IMG/VR virus record: IMGVR_UViG_3300045988_086486
Reading direction: 5' to 3' (one strand)
Origin: a virus
DNA: 35,799 bases
Position 1 is the first letter of the stretch; the number at the start of each line of letters is the position of its first letter. The position numbers and the translations under genes were made by a program. The notes beneath the pieces were generated by a model that saw nothing but the letters and a program-made list of their open reading frames with translations, did not search any database and was not told the origin of the DNA. This document shows, piece by piece, positions 7,668-16,127 of this stretch.

Positions 7668-10600
7668 GTGGCCGGAAAAGAAGACCAGATCAAAACCGAA
7701 ATTGCCGTTGACGGCGAACAGGAATACAAGAAGGCTTGTAAAGAAATCGACGCTTCTTTGAAGGCCATTGCGTCCGAAATGAAGGTTGTTTCGGCAACTT
7801 TCGAGGGGAACGCCGACAGCATAGAGGCAATGACCGCGAAGCAAGATGTTTTGAACAAGCGGCTTGAAGAGCAGAAAAAGAAGGTTGCCGAAGCGGAAGC
7901 CGCCTTGAAAAAGTATCAGGACGCGGGGCAAGGGACTTCCGAAGCGGCTAAAAAGATGGAAACAAACCTGAATTACGCCCGCGCCGCAATGATTAAAACG
8001 GAAAACGAGATCAGAAACCTTGACGCAGGATTAGAAGAGGCGCGCAACGCTTCAAACGATTTTTCGGACGGCTTGGAGGATATTTCACAGGAAGCCGAAA
8101 GCACAGGCGGCGCGCTGGACGGATTGGGCGGCAAAGTTTCTTCCGTAGCTGGCGCGCTTGGAACAGGTTTGAAAACGATCGGCGTAGGCGTGGCCGCAAT
8201 TGGAACGGCTATGGTTGCGGGGATCGGGTACGCCGTGGGCTTCGCTGATGAAGTCAAAGGCGCAATGAACGATTTTGAAGCGTCAACAGGCATTGCGGAG
8301 GCCGCCGCGAACGGCTTTGAAGACGCAATGTTGCGTATCTACAACAACAACTTCGGGGAGAACATGGACGATATAGCCGCGTCAATGGCAACCGTGGCGC
8401 AGACTTCCGGCGAAGTTGATCCGACGAAAATTGAAGAGCTGACACAAAACGCTTTGATGTTGCGCGATACATTCGGCTTTGATATTCAAGAGCAAATGCG
8501 CGCCGTCAATATGCTTATGGATCAGTTTGGGCTATCTGGTGAAGAGGCGTTCAACCTGATTGCGCAGGGAGCGCAAAACGGCCTTGATAAAAACGGGGAT
8601 TTGCTGGACAGTATCAACGAATATTCCGTGCATTTCAAGTCGTTAGGGCTGGACGCGGAAGACATGTTCAACAGCTTTGCAAACGGCGCGGACGCTGGCA
8701 CCTTTTCCGTTGACAAGCTGGGCGACGCGGTAAAGGAATTCGGGATCAGGGTTAAAGACGGATCAGACGGCACAATGCAGGCATTCAAGGATATAGGCTT
8801 GAACGCCGATGAAACCGCGGCGGCCTTTGCCGCAGGTGGGGAGCAGGCCGCGAAAGCCTTTGACGATGTGACAACCGCCCTTTTCGCAATGGACGATCCT
8901 TTAGCGCAGAATACCGCGGGCGTGGCCTTGTTCGGTACGATGTGGGAAGATTTGGGCGTTGAAGGTATGCAGGCGTTGACGAACCTTAACGGGGAGATCA
9001 GCACCACAACCGACGCGCTTTCCAAAATCAACGCCGTTAAATATGACGACTTCGGTTCCGCTATGTCGGGGCTTGGCCGCGTGCTGAAAACGAATTTTGT
9101 TCTTCCGATTGGCGAAGAAGCGTTGCCCGCCCTTTCTGATTTTGTCAACGAGCTTTCGGCGGGCGCAGCTTCCGCGAACGGCGATATTTCCAAAATGTCC
9201 GACACCTTCGGGACAGCCCTTGCGGGGCTGATTGAAGACTTTTCGACAATCCTTCCGCAAGTAACGGACTTTGCAACCGAAATTGTGTTAGGACTGGTCG
9301 ATGGGCTTGTAGCAAGCCTACCACAGATCACAACGGCGGCGGTGGACATGATAACCGCGCTTGTGCAAGGGCTGGTTGCCGCGCTTCCGGCGATTGCGCA
9401 GGCCGCAACACAAATTCTTCTTGCCCTGATTGACGGGTTGATCGCCGCCCTTCCCCTGCTTGTCGAAGGCGCGTTGCAAATTGTCCTTGCGCTGGCAAAC
9501 GGGATCGGACAGGCGTTGCCGCAGTTGTTACCGAAAATCGTTGAAGTGGTCGTTGCTATGGTGCAAACGCTGGTTGAAAATATCCCTATGCTGATCGACG
9601 CGGCGTTGCAGTTAATAACAGGGCTTGCGCAAGGGCTGATTGCCGCGATCCCCGTTCTGATTGCGGCCATTCCACAGATTATTACAAGCCTTGTCGAAAA
9701 TCTGCTTGCCTCTATCCCGCAGATCATTCAAGCGGGAATTGACCTATTAACCGCGCTGATCGACGCGTTGCCGCAGATTATCGAAACCATTGTTACAGCT
9801 ATTCCGCAGATTATCGACGGAATTGTAACGGCGGTGATCGGGAGCATTCCGCAGATCGTGCAAGCCGGAATTGATTTGCTGGTTGCGCTTATTCAGGCGT
9901 TGCCGCAGATCATTCAAACCATTGTACCCGCGATCCCGCAGATTGTGGGCGCGTTGGTGAACGCCGTTGTTTCCAATATCCCGCAGATCATTCAAGCGGG
10001 CGTTCAACTATTCGTTTCCCTGATCCAAAACCTTCCGACAATTATTGCCGAAATCGTGAAGGCAGTTCCGCAGATTGTAACGGGTATCGTGCAGGCGTTC
10101 GGAAGCCTTGCATATCAGATCGTAGAGATCGGCGGCAATATTGTTTCCGGCATTTGGCAGGGTATCCAGAACGCCGCGGGCTGGTTGTGGGATCAGGTAA
10201 CGGGCTTCTTTGGCGGCATTGTGGACGGTATCAAGAATTTTCTTGGCATTCATTCCCCTTCAACGGTTTTCGCTGACATTGGCGGCAACATGGCCGCGGG
10301 CGTTGGCGAGGGCTTCGGCGGCGGTATGGATACCGTTTCCGCGGACATGCAGGGCGCAATGGGGAGCGCGGGCACACTTACAGCACAAGAAGCCGTGCAA
10401 GCCGTAAACGATGGCATTATAGCGAATATCGGCGCGCTTGACGGCGCGGTATCGGCCATTGTCGAGCGGGTAACAGCAGGGCTTACAGCGCAGGCGGCGC
10501 GCCTTAATCAGATCGGCGTTGACATGACGAAGTATATTGCTTCCGGCATGACAACGGGAACGCCGAATATTACAAACATTATCCCGCAGATCGTCCAGTC

Positions 10601-11183
10601 GATTATTACCGCCTTCACCGCGCAACAACCGAAGTTCACCGCGGCGGGCGTTGATATTGACAAGGCCATAGCGTCCGGCATGGTGCAGGGCACACCGCAG
10701 ATTACGGCAAAAATCCCGCAGATCATACAGTCGATTTTAACGACGATCAACGGGTTTGTATCGCAGTTCACGGCGGCGGGTGAAGAAATGGTGCGCGGTA
10801 TCTGGCAGGGCTTTCAAAATATGTCGGGGTGGCTGGAAAGCAAAGTGCGTTCTATGATGCGGTCGATTGTGGCCGCCGTAGAAGCGGAAATGCAGATTGC
10901 TTCCCCGTCGAAGGTATTTGCAGGGATCGGCGCATACATGGCCGAAGGTTTAGGCGAAGGCTTCGCCCGTGAAATGCAGAATGTTGAAAAGACAATCCGC
11001 AGGGCGACGGCTTCAACCGTTCCGGAGCCGCAAAGACCGTCCGGAAGGATCAGCAGGAACGACAACGCCGCCCGCGGCGTGCAAGTGGTTCAAAATATCT
11101 ATGCGAACGAAACAAGCTATGCACAACAACAGCGCGAGGCGGCAAAGCAATTCCGCTTGATTGCACGGGAGGTTATGGGCTGA
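7668..11183 (+). CDS. Tape measure protein
   Basis: 1171 aa. It has an N-terminal coiled coil and a long Ala/Ile/Gln-rich internal region with repeated (A/L)IPQI(I/V) motifs (about 9700-10100). Synteny fits. Confidence 0.9.
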   Translation: MAGKEDQIKTEIAVDGEQEYKKACKEIDASLKAIASEMKVVSATFEGNADSIEAMTAKQDVLNKRLEEQKKKVAEAEAALKKYQDAGQGTSEAAKKMETNLNYARAAMIKTENEIRNLDAGLEEARNASNDFSDGLEDISQEAESTGGALDGLGGKVSSVAGALGTGLKTIGVGVAAIGTAMVAGIGYAVGFADEVKGAMNDFEASTGIAEAAANGFEDAMLRIYNNNFGENMDDIAASMATVAQTSGEVDPTKIEELTQNALMLRDTFGFDIQEQMRAVNMLMDQFGLSGEEAFNLIAQGAQNGLDKNGDLLDSINEYSVHFKSLGLDAEDMFNSFANGADAGTFSVDKLGDAVKEFGIRVKDGSDGTMQAFKDIGLNADETAAAFAAGGEQAAKAFDDVTTALFAMDDPLAQNTAGVALFGTMWEDLGVEGMQALTNLNGEISTTTDALSKINAVKYDDFGSAMSGLGRVLKTNFVLPIGEEALPALSDFVNELSAGAASANGDISKMSDTFGTALAGLIEDFSTILPQVTDFATEIVLGLVDGLVASLPQITTAAVDMITALVQGLVAALPAIAQAATQILLALIDGLIAALPLLVEGALQIVLALANGIGQALPQLLPKIVEVVVAMVQTLVENIPMLIDAALQLITGLAQGLIAAIPVLIAAIPQIITSLVENLLASIPQIIQAGIDLLTALIDALPQIIETIVTAIPQIIDGIVTAVIGSIPQIVQAGIDLLVALIQALPQIIQTIVPAIPQIVGALVNAVVSNIPQIIQAGVQLFVSLIQNLPTIIAEIVKAVPQIVTGIVQAFGSLAYQIVEIGGNIVSGIWQGIQNAAGWLWDQVTGFFGGIVDGIKNFLGIHSPSTVFADIGGNMAAGVGEGFGGGMDTVSADMQGAMGSAGTLTAQEAVQAVNDGIIANIGALDGAVSAIVERVTAGLTAQAARLNQIGVDMTKYIASGMTTGTPNITNIIPQIVQSIITAFTAQQPKFTAAGVDIDKAIASGMVQGTPQITAKIPQIIQSILTTINGFVSQFTAAGEEMVRGIWQGFQNMSGWLESKVRSMMRSIVAAVEAEMQIASPSKVFAGIGAYMAEGLGEGFAREMQNVEKTIRRATASTVPEPQRPSGRISRNDNAARGVQVVQNIYANETSYAQQQREAAKQFRLIAREVMG

Positions 11184-12061
11184 TGGCAAAGAAAATCGAA
11201 AAGCTGATTTATACGAATGAGCGTGGGGAAAGTATCACCTTTTCCCACGCTTCTATTTTTCACACAAACGAGGTTAGCGGCCTTTCCGATGTGCGCAACG
11301 AGATTTACAGCATTAACAGCATGGGACAGGACGGCGACACCTATTTAGGCAACCGCATTCAATCCCGCGAAATTGAGATTGTCGGAAGTATCAGGGAGCG
11401 GGACAAGGACAGAATGCGGGATTACCGAAGGCAAATGAACCGCGTGTTGAACCCGCAGTATTCCGCGACGCTGACATACGAATACGGCGACTTCCGGCGC
11501 GTGATTGATTGCAAGATCGACAACGCGCCAGCCTTCACGCGGAAGGCTATTTTTCAGGACTTCACAATACAGCTTCTTTGCCTTAATCCGTTTTGGAGAA
11601 AAGAGGCAAAGACGCGGGACGATATAGCGACATGGATCGGCGGCCTTGAATTTCCCGTTGAAATCCCCCTTGCGGAAGGTTGGGAAATCGGGTATAGACA
11701 GCCTTCCTTGATCGTGAATGTCTACAACGAAGGTGATGTGCAAGCGGGTATTCGCGTAGAGTTCCGCGCGCTTGGCGTTGTCAAAAATCCTTCCCTTTTG
11801 AATGTGGACACACAGGAGTTTATAAAGCTAAATATAACGCTTCAAGCTGGCGACATTTTGAGTGTATCCACGGGATACGGGGAAAAAGAAGTAACATTGC
11901 AACGCGACGGCGTGACTTCTGACGCGTTCCGTTATCTTGATGTGGACAGCACATATTTTCAACTTTCGGTCGGTGATAACCTTTACAGGTATTCCGCGGA
12001 AGAAAATCTTGAAAATCTGGAAGTATCCATTTATCACGACGATCTTTATTTGGGGGTGTGA
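11183..12061 (+). CDS. Distal tail protein (Dit, siphovirus tail component)
   Basis: 292 aa. The start overlaps the TMP stop (ATGA), and the position is canonical. Confidence 0.7.
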   Translation: MAKKIEKLIYTNERGESITFSHASIFHTNEVSGLSDVRNEIYSINSMGQDGDTYLGNRIQSREIEIVGSIRERDKDRMRDYRRQMNRVLNPQYSATLTYEYGDFRRVIDCKIDNAPAFTRKAIFQDFTIQLLCLNPFWRKEAKTRDDIATWIGGLEFPVEIPLAEGWEIGYRQPSLIVNVYNEGDVQAGIRVEFRALGVVKNPSLLNVDTQEFIKLNITLQAGDILSVSTGYGEKEVTLQRDGVTSDAFRYLDVDSTYFQLSVGDNLYRYSAEENLENLEVSIYHDDLYLGV

Positions 12062-12064
12062 CGA

Positions 12065-13180
12065 ATGGAGCTATATATTTATGACCGCGACATGATATTG
12101 CACGGCGTAATTGATGAAATCAATTCGTTAATCTGGACGCGGCGGTATTGGTCGGCGGGCGAATTCAAGTTGCTTGTGCCATTCACGAACAAGCATGTTT
12201 CCCTTCTGGTAAAAAACAACCTGATAATGAAGCGTGGGGATACCGAGGCGGCAGAAATCAGGTATGTTCACATTAGCAAGAATTCGCAGGGGCTTGAAGA
12301 AATCGAAGTGCAAGGAAAGTTTATCACGCAATGGATCGGGAAGCGCATTGTACGCGATCAGATCGCCGCAACGAGCGGGACGCAGGATATTTTATACCGG
12401 ATTATCCGCGAAACGGTCGTTTCCCCGAAAGTGGCCGCCCGCGCGATCCCGAATGTCTTAATTGATCCCACAGACGAAGACACCAGAAGCGGGAAAATAG
12501 ACTATACTTCCGAAGCCTTCACAAACGCCCTTCTTGCCGTGGAAACCGCGGCGAAAGCGGCAAAATTGGGCTTCCGGTTGCGAACCGATGTGAAGACCGG
12601 AAAGCACTATTTCAGTGTGTATAAAGGCCGCGATTTGACCGCAGACCAAACCGAAAACCCGCCGTGCATTTTTTCACAGGAATTCGACAATATAACGGAA
12701 CAGGAATACACGAACAGCATTGAAAACCTGAAATCAACGGCTTATGTGGGCGGCGAAGAAGCCGAACCGCGCGTTGTGGCCGAAGTTGGCGGCGGCGCGA
12801 CTGGCCTTGACCGTGAAGAAGTCTTTGTGAACGCAACGGACATTACGAAGAAGTACACCAACGAAAACGACGAAGAGATCACGCGCACCGATGAAGAATA
12901 TTTAGCCTGCCTTGAAGAACGCGGCGCGTCGGAGCTGGAACAATACGCTGAAACATTGAGCTTTTCCAGCACGATCAACACGCACGCGAATTTGAAGTAC
13001 AGGGAAGATTACGACTTGGGCGATCGCGTGACATGCGTTAATAAACGATGGGGTATAAAAATCAATGTCCGGATAACAGAGGTTGCGGAAACCTATCAAC
13101 AGAACATGGAGGAAATAGACATTACTTTCGGGGAGAGCTTGCCCGCCTTGATTACACAGATCAGGCAAATTACAAAGTAA
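12065..13180 (+). CDS. Tail-associated / baseplate hub-like protein (Gp37-like N-terminus)
   Basis: 371 aa. The N-terminus MELYIYDRDM..LIWTRRYWSAGEFKL resembles siphovirus Gp37-like minor structural proteins. Synteny fits. Confidence 0.55.
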   Translation: MELYIYDRDMILHGVIDEINSLIWTRRYWSAGEFKLLVPFTNKHVSLLVKNNLIMKRGDTEAAEIRYVHISKNSQGLEEIEVQGKFITQWIGKRIVRDQIAATSGTQDILYRIIRETVVSPKVAARAIPNVLIDPTDEDTRSGKIDYTSEAFTNALLAVETAAKAAKLGFRLRTDVKTGKHYFSVYKGRDLTADQTENPPCIFSQEFDNITEQEYTNSIENLKSTAYVGGEEAEPRVVAEVGGGATGLDREEVFVNATDITKKYTNENDEEITRTDEEYLACLEERGASELEQYAETLSFSSTINTHANLKYREDYDLGDRVTCVNKRWGIKINVRITEVAETYQQNMEEIDITFGESLPALITQIRQITK

Positions 13181-13192
13181 AGGGGTGCAAAT

Positions 13193-14083
13193 ATGGAAAA
13201 ATCGAGCTTTTTTAATAGCGTTTCCGGCGATCGTGTGTACCGCGCGGAGGAATGGGCAGAATACTTCGCTTCTTTTATCGGAAACGGCGTGTTCCCCGTC
13301 CCTTCTACAAGCCTTCAAGTGGTAGCGGGTTCAGGAATGGCCGTAGCCGTGAAAACGGGAAAAGCATGGATCAACGGATATTTTTATTACAACACAAGCG
13401 ATTTGCCCGTAACGCTGGCAACCGCGGACGGCGTGTTGAACCGCATTGACCGAATTGTTGTACGGTGGGATTTGACCGAACGCAAAATTTCCGTTGCGGT
13501 GAAGTCTTCCGCGCCTGCAACTTCCCCCGTCGCCCCTGCTTTGCAGAGGGACGCGGACGCATACGAATTGTGTCTTGCCGATGTGCTTGTAGGCGCAGGC
13601 GTTACGGCCATTTCACAGGCGAACATAACGGATCGCCGCCTTGATGGTTCCTTGTGCGGCGTGGTTGCGGGCGTGGTGGATCAGATAGACACCGACGCAT
13701 TCAACGCGCAACTTGAAGCGTGGTTTGCTGACTATAAGGAAATGAGCGTTGATGAATTCAACGATCTTGTTTCCTATATGGAGAGTTTGGAGCTTTTGGG
13801 CGATCAGCAGTACGCCGCCCTTGAAGCCTACATGAACGACTTTAAGGCCGACGCGGAAAACGACTTCAACGCATGGTTCGCAACCTTACAAAATGTCCTT
13901 GACGAAGACACCGCGGGGCATTTGCTGAACCTGATCCAGAACAACACAGCGCGAATTGAAATGCTGGAAGCCGTGCTTTTCAATGACATTACAACAAACC
14001 CGTTCTTGATCCTCTTTGACGATTTGGACGGCGTGACCGCAACGGGCGTTTGGAACGCGGCGTTGCAACGGATAGAATGTTGA
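13193..14083 (+). CDS. Putative tail fibre / receptor-binding structural protein
   Basis: 296 aa. The N-terminus SFFNSVSGDRVYRAEEWAEYFASFIGNGVF recurs in phage fibre-like proteins. It is the last structural gene before the DGR. Confidence 0.45.
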   Translation: MEKSSFFNSVSGDRVYRAEEWAEYFASFIGNGVFPVPSTSLQVVAGSGMAVAVKTGKAWINGYFYYNTSDLPVTLATADGVLNRIDRIVVRWDLTERKISVAVKSSAPATSPVAPALQRDADAYELCLADVLVGAGVTAISQANITDRRLDGSLCGVVAGVVDQIDTDAFNAQLEAWFADYKEMSVDEFNDLVSYMESLELLGDQQYAALEAYMNDFKADAENDFNAWFATLQNVLDEDTAGHLLNLIQNNTARIEMLEAVLFNDITTNPFLILFDDLDGVTATGVWNAALQRIEC

Positions 14084-14308
14084 CGCGGTGCGCCTGCAAG
14101 GGCGCGGAATTGTCGTGCATTATCGGGAATATCTTCACAGAGCTTCGCCCGCCGTGCGACATGTGCGGCGGCGAGGCGGTGACAATCCACGGGATCACGC
14201 CCACAGGCCACGAAGCAACCATAACTTTGACGGCGGCGGGCTTTGATTTTGAGGGGTGCGCGGAAGATACCGCGCTTTTGCAGAGGATCAGGAAGGCAAG
14301 GTGCATTT

Positions 14309-14713
14309 ATGCAGGGACAAGAGAGGGAACGCAAAGAGCCGTCCGAATTCAATGTGATTGTGAAGGCGAAAGACCTTGTAAAGCATACCTTCACGATCAC
14401 GAACAGCACGGAGCGTTACCCGAAAAAATACCGTTTTACGCTGGTGAACCGCATACAGGAAAAAGCGGTTGATATTTACGAAATGACGCTTGAAGCGAAC
14501 GAATTAGATTTGCGGCAAGCGGACGAACACAGACAACGGCAGAGGCTACAAGCAAAGGCGTTGACCTATTGCAAGGAGCTTCTATTTTTTATAGAGCTTT
14601 CGCAGGAAATGGGCTTTATTTCTATGAAGAGTTGCGAATATTGGTCGAAACTTGCCCTTGAAGTAAAGTACATGATCGCCGCGTGGAAGAAGCGGGACAA
14701 AGCGAGAGTATAA
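14309..14713 (+). CDS. avd: DGR accessory variability determinant (Avd, four-helix-bundle type)
   Basis: 134 aa, basic and predicted helical (FNVIVKAKDLVKHTFTIT..RYPKKYRFTLVNRIQEKAVDIYE). It lies directly upstream of the TR and RT. Confidence 0.8.
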   Translation: MQGQERERKEPSEFNVIVKAKDLVKHTFTITNSTERYPKKYRFTLVNRIQEKAVDIYEMTLEANELDLRQADEHRQRQRLQAKALTYCKELLFFIELSQEMGFISMKSCEYWSKLALEVKYMIAAWKKRDKARV

Positions 14714-14767
14714 AAACCGTTTGGGGAACGCCTTGTAGGTTTTCTTTTCGCCTTCTGCCCGCCCCGC

Positions 14768-14868
14768 CGCCGAATTCCGGCAACTCGTACAATGTGCGCA
14801 ATGTCAACACTTCGGGGGCATTGAACAACAACAACGCGTACAACGGCAACAGGGGCGTGCGTCCGCTT
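14768..14868 (+). repeat. DGR template repeat (TR), 101 bp with 27 adenines
   Basis: It aligns without gaps to 16801-16901 and, over 14791-14868, to 30492-30569. It reads as AAY-rich codons (NSGNSYNVRNVNTSGALNNNNAYNGNRGVRPL). Confidence 0.9.
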
Positions 14869-15039
14869 CGGTGGATCACTCGATCGAGTAGGCCACAGGC
14901 CGAAAGCAATGTACCACCATCAAAGGAAGGCGTTTCCCGTCCCCTGCTATCCACAGCGGGGACAAATACAGGATTGCCGATACCGGAGCATTGCCCGCAG
15001 GCATGGCCGAGGTTATACACGGCAAGGAGATTTTTTGAC

Positions 15040-16002
15040 ATGACCGACTTTGAAAAAGTCTATAATTTTGAAAACCTATACCGCGCGTACCGGAAGGCGC
15101 GCCGCGGCAAAAGGTGGAAAGGAGCGGCGGCGAAGTTTGAAGTTAATTTGCTGGAAGCCCTGAACCTGTTAAGCGTGCAGTTACAGAGCCATACATACCG
15201 GCTTTCGCCCTACAACACATTCAAGGTTTACGAACCGAAAGAACGGGTTGTAATGTCGAACAGCTACAAAGACAAGGTTGTGCAACATGCGCTTTGTGAT
15301 AATGTACTTGAACCGAGGGTGCGAAGCACCTTCATAAAAGACAATTACGCTTCACAGGTTGGAAAAGGAACGCACTTCGGCCTTGAACGGCTGGAAGGGT
15401 TTATGCGGAGGTTTTACCGTGTACGAGGTGTTGACGGTTGGGTATTGAAATGCGACATATCAAAGTATTTCTATAATATCAAGCACGACGCGTTAAAATC
15501 CTTAATCCGCAAGTATATTTCCGATCCGGATTGTCTTTGGTTGCTGGATATGATAATAGACAGCACCGAAGGCAATGTAGGAATTCCGATCGGCAACCAG
15601 TCTTCACAAATATTCGCCCTTCTCTATCTTTCTTCGCTGGATCACATGGTAAAAGAGAAGTTAGGCATAAAATTTTATGGCCGATACATGGACGATTTTT
15701 ATTTGATCCACGAAGATAAAGAATATTTGCGCTATTGCTGGAAGGAGATTGAAATACATGTAAACGAATTAGGGCTTTCGCTGAATGCGAAAACAAATAT
15801 TTACCCGTTGAAAAACGGAATTGATTTTTTGGGCTTCCATTCGTATTTGACCGAAAGCGGCGCGGTGATCCGCAAGGTGCGCCGGAAGTCAAAGAACAAC
15901 GCCCGCCGCCGTTTAACCAAAATGCGCGGGTTGCTGGAAACTGGAAAAATCACGCCGGAAAAGGTGGAACAATCTTATAAAAGCTGGCGCGGCCACGCGT
16001 AG
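15040..16002 (+). CDS. DGR reverse transcriptase
   Basis: ATG at 15040. The N-terminus (NLYRAYRKARRGKRWK), the motif IPIGNQSSQ, the catalytic YMDDF, and the size of about 320 aa are all typical of DGR RTs. Confidence 0.93.
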   Translation: MTDFEKVYNFENLYRAYRKARRGKRWKGAAAKFEVNLLEALNLLSVQLQSHTYRLSPYNTFKVYEPKERVVMSNSYKDKVVQHALCDNVLEPRVRSTFIKDNYASQVGKGTHFGLERLEGFMRRFYRVRGVDGWVLKCDISKYFYNIKHDALKSLIRKYISDPDCLWLLDMIIDSTEGNVGIPIGNQSSQIFALLYLSSLDHMVKEKLGIKFYGRYMDDFYLIHEDKEYLRYCWKEIEIHVNELGLSLNAKTNIYPLKNGIDFLGFHSYLTESGAVIRKVRRKSKNNARRRLTKMRGLLETGKITPEKVEQSYKSWRGHA

Positions 16003-16127
16003 AAGGGGAATTGCTATCACCTGATCCGGAACATGGATCAGCATTACAACAAATTATTCGGGCAGTACGCCGTCGCGGGAAACCGTGGCGGCGTTGCTGT
16101 TTCCGAAGAAAAGGAGGAAGGCAAAGA

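Noticed and set aside
8522-9727. A 401-aa minus-strand ORF lies inside the tape measure gene.
   Set aside because: It is an antisense shadow of the Ala-rich TMP and is low-complexity (Ser/Ala/Ile-rich).
14077-14472. A Cys-rich 131-aa ORF fills the 225-bp gap between the fibre-like gene and avd. Its start is an ATGTTGA overlap.
   Set aside because: It overlaps avd by more than 110 nt in another frame, and its second half looks non-protein-like. A shorter real peptide cannot be excluded, so I did not list it as a feature.
14683-15039. The tracked ORF extends the RT 119 codons upstream.
   Set aside because: This stretch is the TR plus the spacer read in frame (an Asn-rich NSGNSYNVRN... sequence). 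The RT homology, an RBS-like AAGGAGA, and an ATG all begin at 15040.
15040-16002. The RT could be a retron or group II intron RT.
   Set aside because: There is a TR with two cognate VRs showing A-only mismatches, an Avd-like gene, and the IGNQSSQ motif. I see no intron RNA domains or maturase/En domains, and no msr/msd-like inverted repeats.
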